Virus record (IMG/VR): IMGVR_UViG_3300028025_004186
Span: 1,169 to 65,168 of that record
Length of the DNA: 64,000 bases
Strand: one strand, 5' to 3'
From: a virus
Taxonomy: Duplodnaviria > Caudoviricetes
The notes beneath the pieces are model-generated. The model ran no database searches. It was not told the origin of the DNA and worked only from the letters and a program-made list of their open reading frames with translations. The stretch's first letter is position 1. The number at the start of each line of letters is the position of its first letter. This document shows positions 56,632-64,000 of the stretch, piece by piece. Both the position numbers and the translations under genes were made by a program.

Positions 56632-56795
56632 AACGATTGAGTGCGAATCGTCCCGCAAGGGTTCAGCAAGGGTTTGATGCAGTAATATGACTTCGGCATC
56701 ATGTAATAGTCAGTTCCTTGTTAGCATTAGATCAGATGGTAGGCAACTACCCAATGGTTGTAGGTGACGATGGGCTTTATAGGAACCTTCACTTT
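56632..56795 (+). ncRNA. candidate structured ncRNA
   Basis: ACGATT/AATCGT, CCC-GCAA-GGG, AGCAAGG/CCTTGTT, TGATGC/GCATCA, GGTAG-GCAA-CTACC. Confidence 0.5.
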
Positions 56796-56800
56796 TTTAT

Positions 56801-56875
56801 GCACCGTTCATCTAGTGGTTAGGATACCGCCCTTTCACGGCGGGTACACGAGTTCGAATCTCGTACGGTGTACCA
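56801..56875 (+). tRNA. tRNA-Glu(TTC)
   Basis: Cloverleaf; CCGCC-CTTTCAC-GGCGG; TTCGAAT; ACCA. Confidence 0.92.
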
Positions 56876-56990
56876 TATTAAAGCACATTACGGCCAAGGT
56901 CTAGAGATAACTTCATACTACGCCGTGACAGGATATAGAAGCAGACCTAAACCTGTCGTATAGTGTGTTTTAATATGGTAGAGTCTACCA
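56871..56990 (+). ncRNA. structured 3' trailer of tRNA-Glu
   Basis: TACCATATTAAAGCACATTA pairs with TAGTGTGTTTTAATATGGTA; two inner hairpins with complementary loops. Confidence 0.55.
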
Positions 56991-57000
56991 AAAGAACGTT

Positions 57001-57196
57001 CCAGCGTCACTGGATACTCTGACCCAGAGGATGAGAAGTGGTGTGACAACCACGGGTGGTACACTTCAAACCGAAAGTGCGCTGGCAATGCGAGAACGGT
57101 CCCGGTCGGGGAGCGGGTGGAGGCTGTAGAAGTATTCCCCTTGAAAGAGGACATGTTTACTGATGCAGTATAATTACCGCCGCGGGACGCAGAGCA
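57001..57196 (+). ncRNA. candidate multi-stem GC-rich ncRNA
   Basis: CCAGCG/CGCTGG, CTCTG/CAGAG, GAAGTG/CACTTC, GTCCCG/CGGGAC, CTGTA/TGCAG; no plus-strand ORF. Confidence 0.55.
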
Positions 57197-57218
57197 TTTT
57201 ACTTTTAAAGGAAATATC

Positions 57219-57446
57219 ATGGGCCGTTATATAACTATATCACAAGAAGTTGATGTTGATATTGATATGGAAGACTTTGACACCAGCGAACTAGTTCAAG
57301 AACTTGAGCGTCGCGGAGCAGGTGCCACAGACTACGGCGATGGTAAAGACATATTAAGAGCTATCTACGAAAAACGTAGACTAGGCAAAGATTATCAAGC
57401 AGACCTAGACCAACTTATCTGGATGGGCCTAGGTAAAACATTATAA
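57219..57446 (+). CDS. hypothetical protein
   Basis: AAGGA RBS; DFDTSELVQELERRG. Confidence 0.65.
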   Translation: MGRYITISQEVDVDIDMEDFDTSELVQELERRGAGATDYGDGKDILRAIYEKRRLGKDYQADLDQLIWMGLGKTL

Positions 57447-57458
57447 GAATAGATGTAT

Positions 57459-57553
57459 GGAGCGTTGGCCGAGTCGGTCGAAGGCACTTTCCTGCTAAGA
57501 AAGCATCGGGGCTAAAACTCTGATCGTTGGTTCGAATCCAACACGCTCCGCCA
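57459..57553 (+). tRNA. tRNA-Ser(GCT)
   Basis: GGAGCGT/ACGCTCC acceptor, long variable arm, G73, CCA. Confidence 0.9.
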
Positions 57554-57560
57554 AAACAAT

Positions 57561-57634
57561 TCCGGTGTAGTATAGTGGCAGTGCAACGGTCTCCAAAACC
57601 GTGAGTGGCAGTTCGATTCTGTCCACCGGAGCCA
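57561..57634 (+). tRNA. tRNA-Trp(CCA)
   Basis: TCCGGTG/CACCGGA acceptor; ACGGT-CTCCAAA-ACCGT; GCCA. Confidence 0.9.
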
Positions 57635-57653
57635 ATAAAATAGTGAGACATCC

Positions 57654-58682
57654 ATGCAAGACAATAGCAACACAGGTGAACAACTCATTAAAAGTTATTA
57701 TAACTTCACCGAAGATCAATGGAATCACATACTATCAAAAACCTTTGACAAACGCTATTATGAGTATGCCAGTCGCAAGGCTTGGTTTCTTGAGCAATCT
57801 GATGACCAGCGCGATCGAAGATATGATATCAATCCTTTACGTAGTTGGAAAAAATCATATGATGCAATTAGAGATGTATCCTGGCCAAACTGTGACACAG
57901 TGGAAGAATTTAAAAATCTTCCTGAAGCAATAAAGCATGAATGCATCAATGTGCATAATTTCAGTGCAGATCAATGGCTCAACAAAGATATTGCATTTGA
58001 TCAATGGCAAGAAGACACAACCTGGAACATTCAGACATTTGACTTAATTAGACTCAACTATATTATTGTAGAAAACTTAGAATTTATCACTGGTAAAAAA
58101 GTTGTTGATTTTGCCGGGCACATAGGATTTTTTGCTGGGTGCTGTTTACACAATGGTGCCAGCACTGTGACATTTACCAATATCAAAGAAGAATGTGTTG
58201 CAATTGGTGATGAGATGTTGAGTCTTATAGAACCCAACACACACCGGCATCAATCAATGGTTGCCGACATCCATGATTACGATTACAATCGTCAGATCTG
58301 TCAGGAACAAGATACTGTTATGTTATTGGGCATCATGGATATTGTGTATGATCACTACAAGATATTAGAATCAATTGCCAACTGTGCGCCTAAAACTATT
58401 ATCATCGAACATGTAGAACCAATAAAAATTCTTGATCATCCTGAGCCGCTGGTGTATTGGTGGTCTGAAGTTACTCATACCACCTGGAAAGGGTATCACA
58501 AAGATTTAAAACCAATTGTAGTTGGTAGTCCAAACTCAAGTTGGTTTGATCTTGCCATGGATAGACTTGGATATACAAAACTCAAGCAAACACGATTTAA
58601 AATTTGGGAGGCAGCGGCCCAAGATTTTAGCAATGAAGAAGATTTATCTCACCATACTGTGTATGTGTATGTGAAGCAATAA
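57654..58682 (+). CDS. SAM-dependent methyltransferase with uncharacterised N-terminal module
   Basis: VVDFAGHIGFF motif I; N-terminal YDAIRDVSWPNC..LPEAIKHEC. Confidence 0.7.
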   Translation: MQDNSNTGEQLIKSYYNFTEDQWNHILSKTFDKRYYEYASRKAWFLEQSDDQRDRRYDINPLRSWKKSYDAIRDVSWPNCDTVEEFKNLPEAIKHECINVHNFSADQWLNKDIAFDQWQEDTTWNIQTFDLIRLNYIIVENLEFITGKKVVDFAGHIGFFAGCCLHNGASTVTFTNIKEECVAIGDEMLSLIEPNTHRHQSMVADIHDYDYNRQICQEQDTVMLLGIMDIVYDHYKILESIANCAPKTIIIEHVEPIKILDHPEPLVYWWSEVTHTTWKGYHKDLKPIVVGSPNSSWFDLAMDRLGYTKLKQTRFKIWEAAAQDFSNEEDLSHHTVYVYVKQ

Positions 58683-58696
58683 CCAAGGATATTGTT

Positions 58697-58942
58697 ATGA
58701 CGACCGATTGGATAAGACGACATGTCAAAGCTAACCTTGTGGCCCGGTACGAACGAGAAATGCACAAGCTTCGTGGTGATCACAGTGATCAGCACACCAT
58801 CGAAGAAAACATTAAAAAGTTATCCACCGAAGTAGAAATTATAGAGACTGAAGAAGAGCGTCGTGCTAGAATATTAGCCGAGGATGAGGAAGAGGAAAAA
58901 CATTATCAAGAACAACGTGAAAGAATGAACAAAAATAAGTAG
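58697..58942 (+). CDS. charged coiled-coil protein
   Basis: AAGGA RBS. Confidence 0.55.
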   Translation: MTTDWIRRHVKANLVARYEREMHKLRGDHSDQHTIEENIKKLSTEVEIIETEEERRARILAEDEEEEKHYQEQRERMNKNK

Positions 58943-58973
58943 AAATATGTTATAATGTAAAATAAATAGTTAC

Positions 58974-59033
58974 TTGTAAATGTGCCGACAGGGCATTTAC
59001 AAAATCTTGCTTAATTCAAAGGAGAAAACAATG
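58974..59033 (+). promoter_or_regulatory. ROSE-like RNA thermometer candidate
   Basis: Upstream hairpin TTGTAAATGT/GCATTTACAA; TCTT[G]CTT pairs with AAGGAGA. Confidence 0.55.
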
Positions 59034-60908
59034 AGCACAATTATAGGTATTGACCTCGGAACCACCAACTCATGCGTGGCTATTGTAGAAAACGGAACCC
59101 CAAAAGTAATTGAAAATTCAGAAGGCGCACGTACTACGCCATCAATCGTCGCTTACACTGACGCCGAAGTGTTGGTTGGCGCACCAGCCAAACGTCAGGC
59201 AGTCACAAACCCCAAGAATACAATCCATGCAGCCAAGCGGTTGATTGGACGTAAGTTCAAAGAACAGGCTGTGCAAAAAGACCTTGATCTAATGCCATAC
59301 AAAATCATGGCGGCCGCCAATGGTGATGCCTGGGTTGAAGCCAATGGAAAAGAACTAGCACCACCGCAAATTTCAGCAGAAGTATTGCGTAAGATGAAAA
59401 AGACTGCGGAAGACTATCTTGGTCACGAAGTCACACAGGCCGTCATCACAGTACCCGCTTACTTCAATGACAGCCAGCGTCAAGCCACCAAAGACGCTGG
59501 TAAGATTGCTGGCCTGGAAGTGCTGCGTATTATCAATGAACCAACAGCGGCTGCGCTGGCATATGGGGTAGACAAACAAGACAAAGTGGATCGCAAGGTT
59601 GCTGTGTATGACTTAGGTGGCGGCACGTTTGACGTCAGTATTATTGAGATTGCCAATGTTGATGGCGACAAGCAAATTGAAGTGTTGTCAACAAACGGTG
59701 ACACATTTCTAGGCGGAGAAGACTTTGATAATCGTATCATGGACTATCTTGTTTCTGAATTTAAAAAGGATTCTGGTGTTGACCTCAGTAAAGATGTCAT
59801 GGCACTACAACGTCTAAAAGAAGCAGCAGAGCGCACCAAGATTGAACTATCAAACAGCGCACAAACAGATGTAAACTTGCCGTATGTCACTGCTGATGCA
59901 TCAGGTCCTAAACATTTAAATGTCAAGATGACTCGTGCCAAGTTGGAAAGTCTTGTTGAAGACTTGATTCAACGCAGCCTAGAGCCATGCCGTCAGGCCA
60001 TGACAGATGCCAAAGTATCGGCCGCAGACATTGACGAAGTTATTCTTGTGGGCGGCCAGACACGTATGCCCAAGGTGCAAGAAGCAGTGGAAAAGCTGTT
60101 TGGTAAAGCACCACGACGTGATGTCAATCCAGACGAAGCAGTGGCTGCAGGTGCTGCCTTGCAAGGTGCTGTGCTAGGCGGTGAACGCAAAGACCTACTG
60201 TTGCTTGATGTAACACCATTGAGTCTTGGCATTGAAACACAGGGTGGAGTGTTTACTAAGTTGATCAATAAGAACACCACTATTCCCACAAAGCATAGCC
60301 AAGTGTTCTCCACTGCTGACGACAATCAACCTGCTGTGACTATCAAAGTTGCGCAAGGCGAACGTGAACTATTCCAATACAACAAGTCATTGGGTGAATT
60401 TAATCTTGAAGGCATTGCACCAGCACGTCGTGGTGTGCCACAGATTGAAGTTACACTAGATATTGATGCCAATGGTATCATGCACGTATCAGCCAAAGAC
60501 AAAAACACCGGCAAAGAAAACAAGATCACTATCAAATCCAACTCAGGGCTAAGTGATGCTGAAGTTGAACAGATGATCAAGGATGCTGAACTCAATGCTG
60601 AAGCCGACAAGAAGCAACGTGAATCTATTGAAACACGCAATCAAGCCGAATCACAGTTACACATGATTCGTGCCGAACTCAAGGAAGTGGAATCGCAGTT
60701 AACTGAGGAACAAAAAACCTCTGTCAACACTGCAATCACTGCGGTTGAAACTGCTGTGCAAGGCGATGACTTGGAAGCAATTAAATCTAGTCTGGATGAA
60801 TTATTCAAGGCCGCTGCTCCGGTCTTTGAGGCCAAAGCCAAAGCATCTGAGCCCGCAGAACCTGTAGATGAAACAGTGGTTGACGCTGACTTCAAAGAAA
60901 GCAAATAA
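59031..60908 (+). CDS. dnaK: Hsp70 chaperone DnaK (start moved to 59031)
   Basis: [37 protein letters not shown]-terminal VDADF. Confidence 0.97.
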   Translation: MSTIIGIDLGTTNSCVAIVENGTPKVIENSEGARTTPSIVAYTDAEVLVGAPAKRQAVTNPKNTIHAAKRLIGRKFKEQAVQKDLDLMPYKIMAAANGDAWVEANGKELAPPQISAEVLRKMKKTAEDYLGHEVTQAVITVPAYFNDSQRQATKDAGKIAGLEVLRIINEPTAAALAYGVDKQDKVDRKVAVYDLGGGTFDVSIIEIANVDGDKQIEVLSTNGDTFLGGEDFDNRIMDYLVSEFKKDSGVDLSKDVMALQRLKEAAERTKIELSNSAQTDVNLPYVTADASGPKHLNVKMTRAKLESLVEDLIQRSLEPCRQAMTDAKVSAADIDEVILVGGQTRMPKVQEAVEKLFGKAPRRDVNPDEAVAAGAALQGAVLGGERKDLLLLDVTPLSLGIETQGGVFTKLINKNTTIPTKHSQVFSTADDNQPAVTIKVAQGERELFQYNKSLGEFNLEGIAPARRGVPQIEVTLDIDANGIMHVSAKDKNTGKENKITIKSNSGLSDAEVEQMIKDAELNAEADKKQRESIETRNQAESQLHMIRAELKEVESQLTEEQKTSVNTAITAVETAVQGDDLEAIKSSLDELFKAAAPVFEAKAKASEPAEPVDETVVDADFKESK

Positions 60909-60912
60909 AATC

Positions 60913-60937
60913 AAAGCCCAGCATGTCTGGGCTTTTT
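60913..60937 (+). terminator. intrinsic terminator
   Basis: AAAGCCCAG-CATGT-CTGGGCTTTTT. Confidence 0.8.
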
Positions 60938-60948
60938 CCTAAAAACAC

Positions 60949-61023
60949 CTGGCGTTCGTTCAATGGATAGGACATAGAGCTTCTACCTCTAGAATGTGGG
61001 TTCGATTCCTGCACGCCGGACCA
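60949..61023 (+). tRNA. tRNA-Arg(TCT)
   Basis: TAGAG-CTTCTAC-CTCTA; GGTTCGATTCC; ACCA. Confidence 0.9.
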
Positions 61024-61082
61024 AAAAAACCAGCTAAATAGTAAACAGGGTTTTTGCCTGAACTATTTAGACGAGGTAACCA

Positions 61083-61925
61083 TTGAAAAAAATATTACTA
61101 ATAGTTATTGCATTGTTATGTTTTGTCAGCACTGCTGAAGCAAAAAAACGTCACCATCATCATCCACATCGCGCAGCAGTTAAAAAAGCAAAACATCATC
61201 CTGTTCGCACTGCAAATCCCATCAGTGTATGGGCATATGACATTAAGACACAATCACCCATTGTTGGGCATGGCACACAACTTGTTAGGCCCATGGCTAG
61301 TTTAACCAAGTTAATGACTGCCATGGTAAGTCTTGACCACAACAACAATCTTCAACAGACAATGTATTATCAAGGTCGGCCAGTGACTAGAGAACGATTA
61401 TTTCAACGCCTGTTGATTCGCAGCGACAACAACGTAGCAGAATTTCTAAGTCAAGATTATCCAGGTGGCCGTACTGCATTTCTCAATGCCATGAATCACA
61501 AGGCATCACGGTTGGCTATGTTGAACACACACTTTGATGACCCATCGGGTCGTATTCAAACCAATGTCAGCACTGCTGAGGATGTTGGTAGAATGTTGGA
61601 AGCAGCACACGGATATCAAATCATACGTAGGATTTCCACTTACCAAGATTTAGAAACCACCACAGTGGTACATCGTCGACACAAAACCTACACCAGCGTC
61701 AGTCATACCCCCAATACCAACACCATGGTACTGTCGGCTTTTCCTGAAGTAGTTGTAAGCAAAACTGGGTTTACCAATCCAGCTGGTTATTGCGTGGGAG
61801 TAGTGGTTGAACAAAACGGTCGCACTTATGCCGTGGTCATTATGGGTGCTCAAAATCGTTATCAAAGATTTGACAAAGTAAAAGAAGTCATGCATAATCA
61901 TATTGTAACGGCTTCAAACATATAA
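61083..61925 (+). CDS. peptidase S11 D-alanyl-D-alanine carboxy/endopeptidase (PBP7-like), secreted
   Basis: Signal peptide; SLTK (SxxK), SDN (SxN), KTG. Confidence 0.88.
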   Translation: MKKILLIVIALLCFVSTAEAKKRHHHHPHRAAVKKAKHHPVRTANPISVWAYDIKTQSPIVGHGTQLVRPMASLTKLMTAMVSLDHNNNLQQTMYYQGRPVTRERLFQRLLIRSDNNVAEFLSQDYPGGRTAFLNAMNHKASRLAMLNTHFDDPSGRIQTNVSTAEDVGRMLEAAHGYQIIRRISTYQDLETTTVVHRRHKTYTSVSHTPNTNTMVLSAFPEVVVSKTGFTNPAGYCVGVVVEQNGRTYAVVIMGAQNRYQRFDKVKEVMHNHIVTASNI

Positions 61926-61933
61926 AGAACGAT

Positions 61934-62007
61934 GCGGGGTTCGTATAATGGTAATACCTTAGCCTTCCAAGCTAAAGCCGAGGGTTCGATTCCCTTACCC
62001 CGCTCCA
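61934..62007 (+). tRNA. tRNA-Gly(TCC)
   Basis: GCGGGGT/ACCCCGC acceptor, U73, CCA; TTAGC-CTTCCAA-GCTAA. Confidence 0.92.
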
Positions 62008-62027
62008 TAATTTAAGTAAATAAGTGC

Positions 62028-62159
62028 ATGGGCACTGAACAGTTATACTTCGTTATTGGGTTCTTACTTGGCACAATGTTAACGGGCTGCTTGGTGGTAT
62101 TTGCCTATGCACTCTGGCATGAATACTTGTTTAAACCCACCCCAGAGAAAGAAGAATAA
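62028..62159 (+). CDS. small single-TM protein (43 aa, not in ORF track)
   Basis: TAAATA 5 nt upstream; MGTEQLYFVIGFLLG..PEKEE*. Confidence 0.5.
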   Translation: MGTEQLYFVIGFLLGTMLTGCLVVFAYALWHEYLFKPTPEKEE

Positions 62160-62164
62160 AAGAA

Positions 62165-62460
62165 TTGTTGTAATTCCTTTGGAGTAAAGGCATTCTGGAC
62201 GTGGGTTCGACTCCCACCTGGTCCACCAGAAACATATTTGCAGACCGTGCGACTCTTTGTGAAAAGGACCGTACTGCAGGACGAAGTGTGTTTCTGATGG
62301 GCCAGACCTGGCTTCGACAGGGTGAGATAGCAAAGAAGGCAACACGCCAGGCGATGGACGTAATCCAAGCAAACTAGTAACTGCAAACGCAGCTAACGAC
62401 GAGGTTTTCGCTCTCGCAGCGTAATCTCCGGGGCAACTATGCCTTGTAACCCAAAATAGT
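62165..62460 (+). ncRNA. ssrA: circularly permuted (two-piece) tmRNA; outer ends approximate
   Basis: T-arm and CTGGTCC-ACCA end (62228) precede the 5' end GGGCCAG (62299); G3:U70 pair; tag frame 62383-62424 encodes ANAANDEVFALAA*. Confidence 0.9.
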
Positions 62461-62483
62461 AAGCCCGCTTCGGCGGGCTTTTT
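62461..62483 (+). terminator. intrinsic terminator
   Basis: AAGCCCGC-TTCG-GCGGGCTTTTT. Confidence 0.9.
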
Positions 62484-62526
62484 CACATCTGCAGATTTGC
62501 ATTCTTAAATACAGCAAGGAGAGTAT

Positions 62527-63141
62527 ATGGGCGCACGAAGTCATCATTTAATTGTGGAATATCTTGATCAGTTGCAAGGATCAATTGTAGAGATTGGAGC
62601 TGGTCGTAATGAAGGCAGTACTGATTTTTTTGCTGGTATCGCAGCCTGCAGATCTGATTTACAATATCACAGTGTTGACTTTGACCCTGAGGCCCACAAA
62701 GTCATGGACAACTATGCTCTCAAAATATCCAACATGCATTCGCATCTGATGCTGGGTGAAGATTTTCTAACAAATGTCCTTATTCCTTCAGGTGAGCGAG
62801 TATGTTGGGCATATCTTGACAATTTTGATTGGATCTATTACACACCAGACGATATGCCGCCCTGGGTACAAAAACAAATCATGCGCTACGCCAGTTTTGA
62901 TCTAATCATGAACAATGAAAACAGTCAAGCCGCACACCTTGAACAAACCAAACTCATTGCATCAATTGCTGCAGACCGATGTGTAATACATTTTGACGAT
63001 ACACGATTAGTTCCGGCCCATGAAAACACACCAAGACATTTTGATGGCAAGGGCGGTACTGCAGTGCCCTGGTTAGTGTCACAGGGGTGGCGTGTACTGT
63101 ATGGTGATAATTCAAACATAGCCTGTGCTAACTTTGAATAA
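62527..63141 (+). CDS. methyltransferase-fold protein
   Basis: IVEIGAGR..ST, SVD, YLDNFD, FDDT, GKG. Confidence 0.65.
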   Translation: MGARSHHLIVEYLDQLQGSIVEIGAGRNEGSTDFFAGIAACRSDLQYHSVDFDPEAHKVMDNYALKISNMHSHLMLGEDFLTNVLIPSGERVCWAYLDNFDWIYYTPDDMPPWVQKQIMRYASFDLIMNNENSQAAHLEQTKLIASIAADRCVIHFDDTRLVPAHENTPRHFDGKGGTAVPWLVSQGWRVLYGDNSNIACANFE

Positions 63142-63201
63142 GTCTTTGTAACACTGTTGTAATACGTACACTCTTAAATATTTGTCTAAGCCCAATAGCC
63201 C

Positions 63202-64000
63202 ATGACAATAAAAACATATCGCAGTGTATTCATTTCTGATGTTCACCTTGGCACTAAAGATTGCAAGGCCAATCAGCTCAACAATTTTCTCAAACACACC
63301 ACCTGCGATACGTTGTATCTCGTTGGTGACATCATTGATGCCTGGAAAATAAAACAAAACAAGTGGCGCTGGAAACAAAGTCATACCAACGTGGTGCGCC
63401 GTGTACTGGGCTATAGCAAACGCGGCACACGAGTTGTTTACGTTGCCGGCAATCATGATGAATTTCTAAGGCCATTCATGCAATATGGTATAGGGTTTGG
63501 CAACTTTGAAATTGTTAACCAGTGCGAACATATAGGTGTTGACGGACGGCATTATCTAGTCACACACGGTGACTTGTTTGATGGCATCACTAGACTGGCA
63601 CCATGGCTGTCGCTGTTAGGAGACAAAGCATATGATTTTATACTCACACTTAATTCCCGCTTTAATTGGATTCGCCACAGGCTCGGCTTTGGTTATTGGA
63701 GTCTCAGCCTATATCTTAAAGGTCGAGTCAAGAAAGCGATTGATTTCGTCTTTCAGTTTGAAAAAAATCTAGCCACGTATTGTAAGAAACGTGGGTACGA
63801 TGGAGTAATCTGTGGGCACATACACAAAGCAGAAATCAAAGAAATAGATGGTGTTGTGTACATGAACGACGGTGACTGGGTTGAAAGTTGCACAGCATTA
63901 GTCGAGCATCACAACGGTCGCTGGGAAATAATAACTTGGACACAGGAGACTGACAATGTGGTTGATGATATTGATAGCAGTACACGTGAACGATCCCCAG
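63202..64000 (+). CDS. LpxH-like UDP-2,3-diacylglucosamine hydrolase-family metallophosphoesterase (3'-truncated, not in ORF track)
   Basis: ISDVHLG, LVGDIID, GNHD, HGDLFD, CGHIH, NDGDWVESC; frame open to the window end. Confidence 0.85.
   Translation, partial: MTIKTYRSVFISDVHLGTKDCKANQLNNFLKHTTCDTLYLVGDIIDAWKIKQNKWRWKQSHTNVVRRVLGYSKRGTRVVYVAGNHDEFLRPFMQYGIGFGNFEIVNQCEHIGVDGRHYLVTHGDLFDGITRLAPWLSLLGDKAYDFILTLNSRFNWIRHRLGFGYWSLSLYLKGRVKKAIDFVFQFEKNLATYCKKRGYDGVICGHIHKAEIKEIDGVVYMNDGDWVESCTALVEHHNGRWEIITWTQETDNVVDDIDSSTRERSP

Noticed and set aside
57014-57080. Hammerhead ribozyme (GATGAG..CGAAA)
   Set aside because: Lacks the CUGANGA core and correct stem II geometry
58980-60908. Bacterial chromosome origin suggested by dnaK, clpA and folE
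   Set aside because: Single-strand dense layout, T4-like PolB, RNase H and TAAATA promoters, and no bacterial operon context indicate a phage
62079-62486. 135-aa minus-strand ORF
   Set aside because: It is the antisense of the tmRNA and its terminator
1-64000. Minus-strand ORFs in the track
   Set aside because: All overlap well-supported plus-strand genes or RNAs and lack RBS or motifs; treated as shadows
1-64000. Stop-codon reassignment
   Set aside because: Conserved genes are full length in the standard code, TAG/TGA/TAA all end genes at sensible places, and no suppressor tRNA is present

Overview
This window is a 64-kb, essentially all plus-strand segment of a large T4-like/jumbo dsDNA phage, using the standard genetic code. 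The host is probably a betaproteobacterium, inferred from the tmRNA tag and DnaK. (1) 0.6-3.8 kb: chaperones (class B DnaJ, ClpA). (2) 5.5-24.6 kb: a late, translationally coupled array whose proteins mostly start with a T4 capsid-targeting-like leader (MRAxEFIxE). They are built from enzyme or binding modules (nucleotidyltransferases, HExxH peptidase, HAD, amidoligase, GH19, kinase-like, ART-like, ParB-like, PG-binding, HTH, Cys/Lys microdomains) joined by recurrent Glu-ending linkers that are also DNA repeats. I read this as a shuffled, protease-processed head-cargo system; two modules have signal peptides hidden behind predicted cleavage sites. (3) 25.8-31.6 kb: PolB and a putative clamp. 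(4) 31.9-52 kb: a 7-deazaguanine DNA-modification cluster (TGT/DpdA-like, DpdL-like, FolE, QueD, QueE, no QueC in the window) mixed with glycosyltransferases, radical SAMs, methyltransferases and 2OG oxygenases, with riboswitch-like pseudoknots before queD and folE. (5) 53-64 kb: RNase H-like nuclease, six tRNAs, several unexplained structured RNAs, DnaK with a ROSE-like thermometer, a PBP, a circularly permuted tmRNA and a partial LpxH-like gene. All calls come from motif recognition by eye; no database searches were run.
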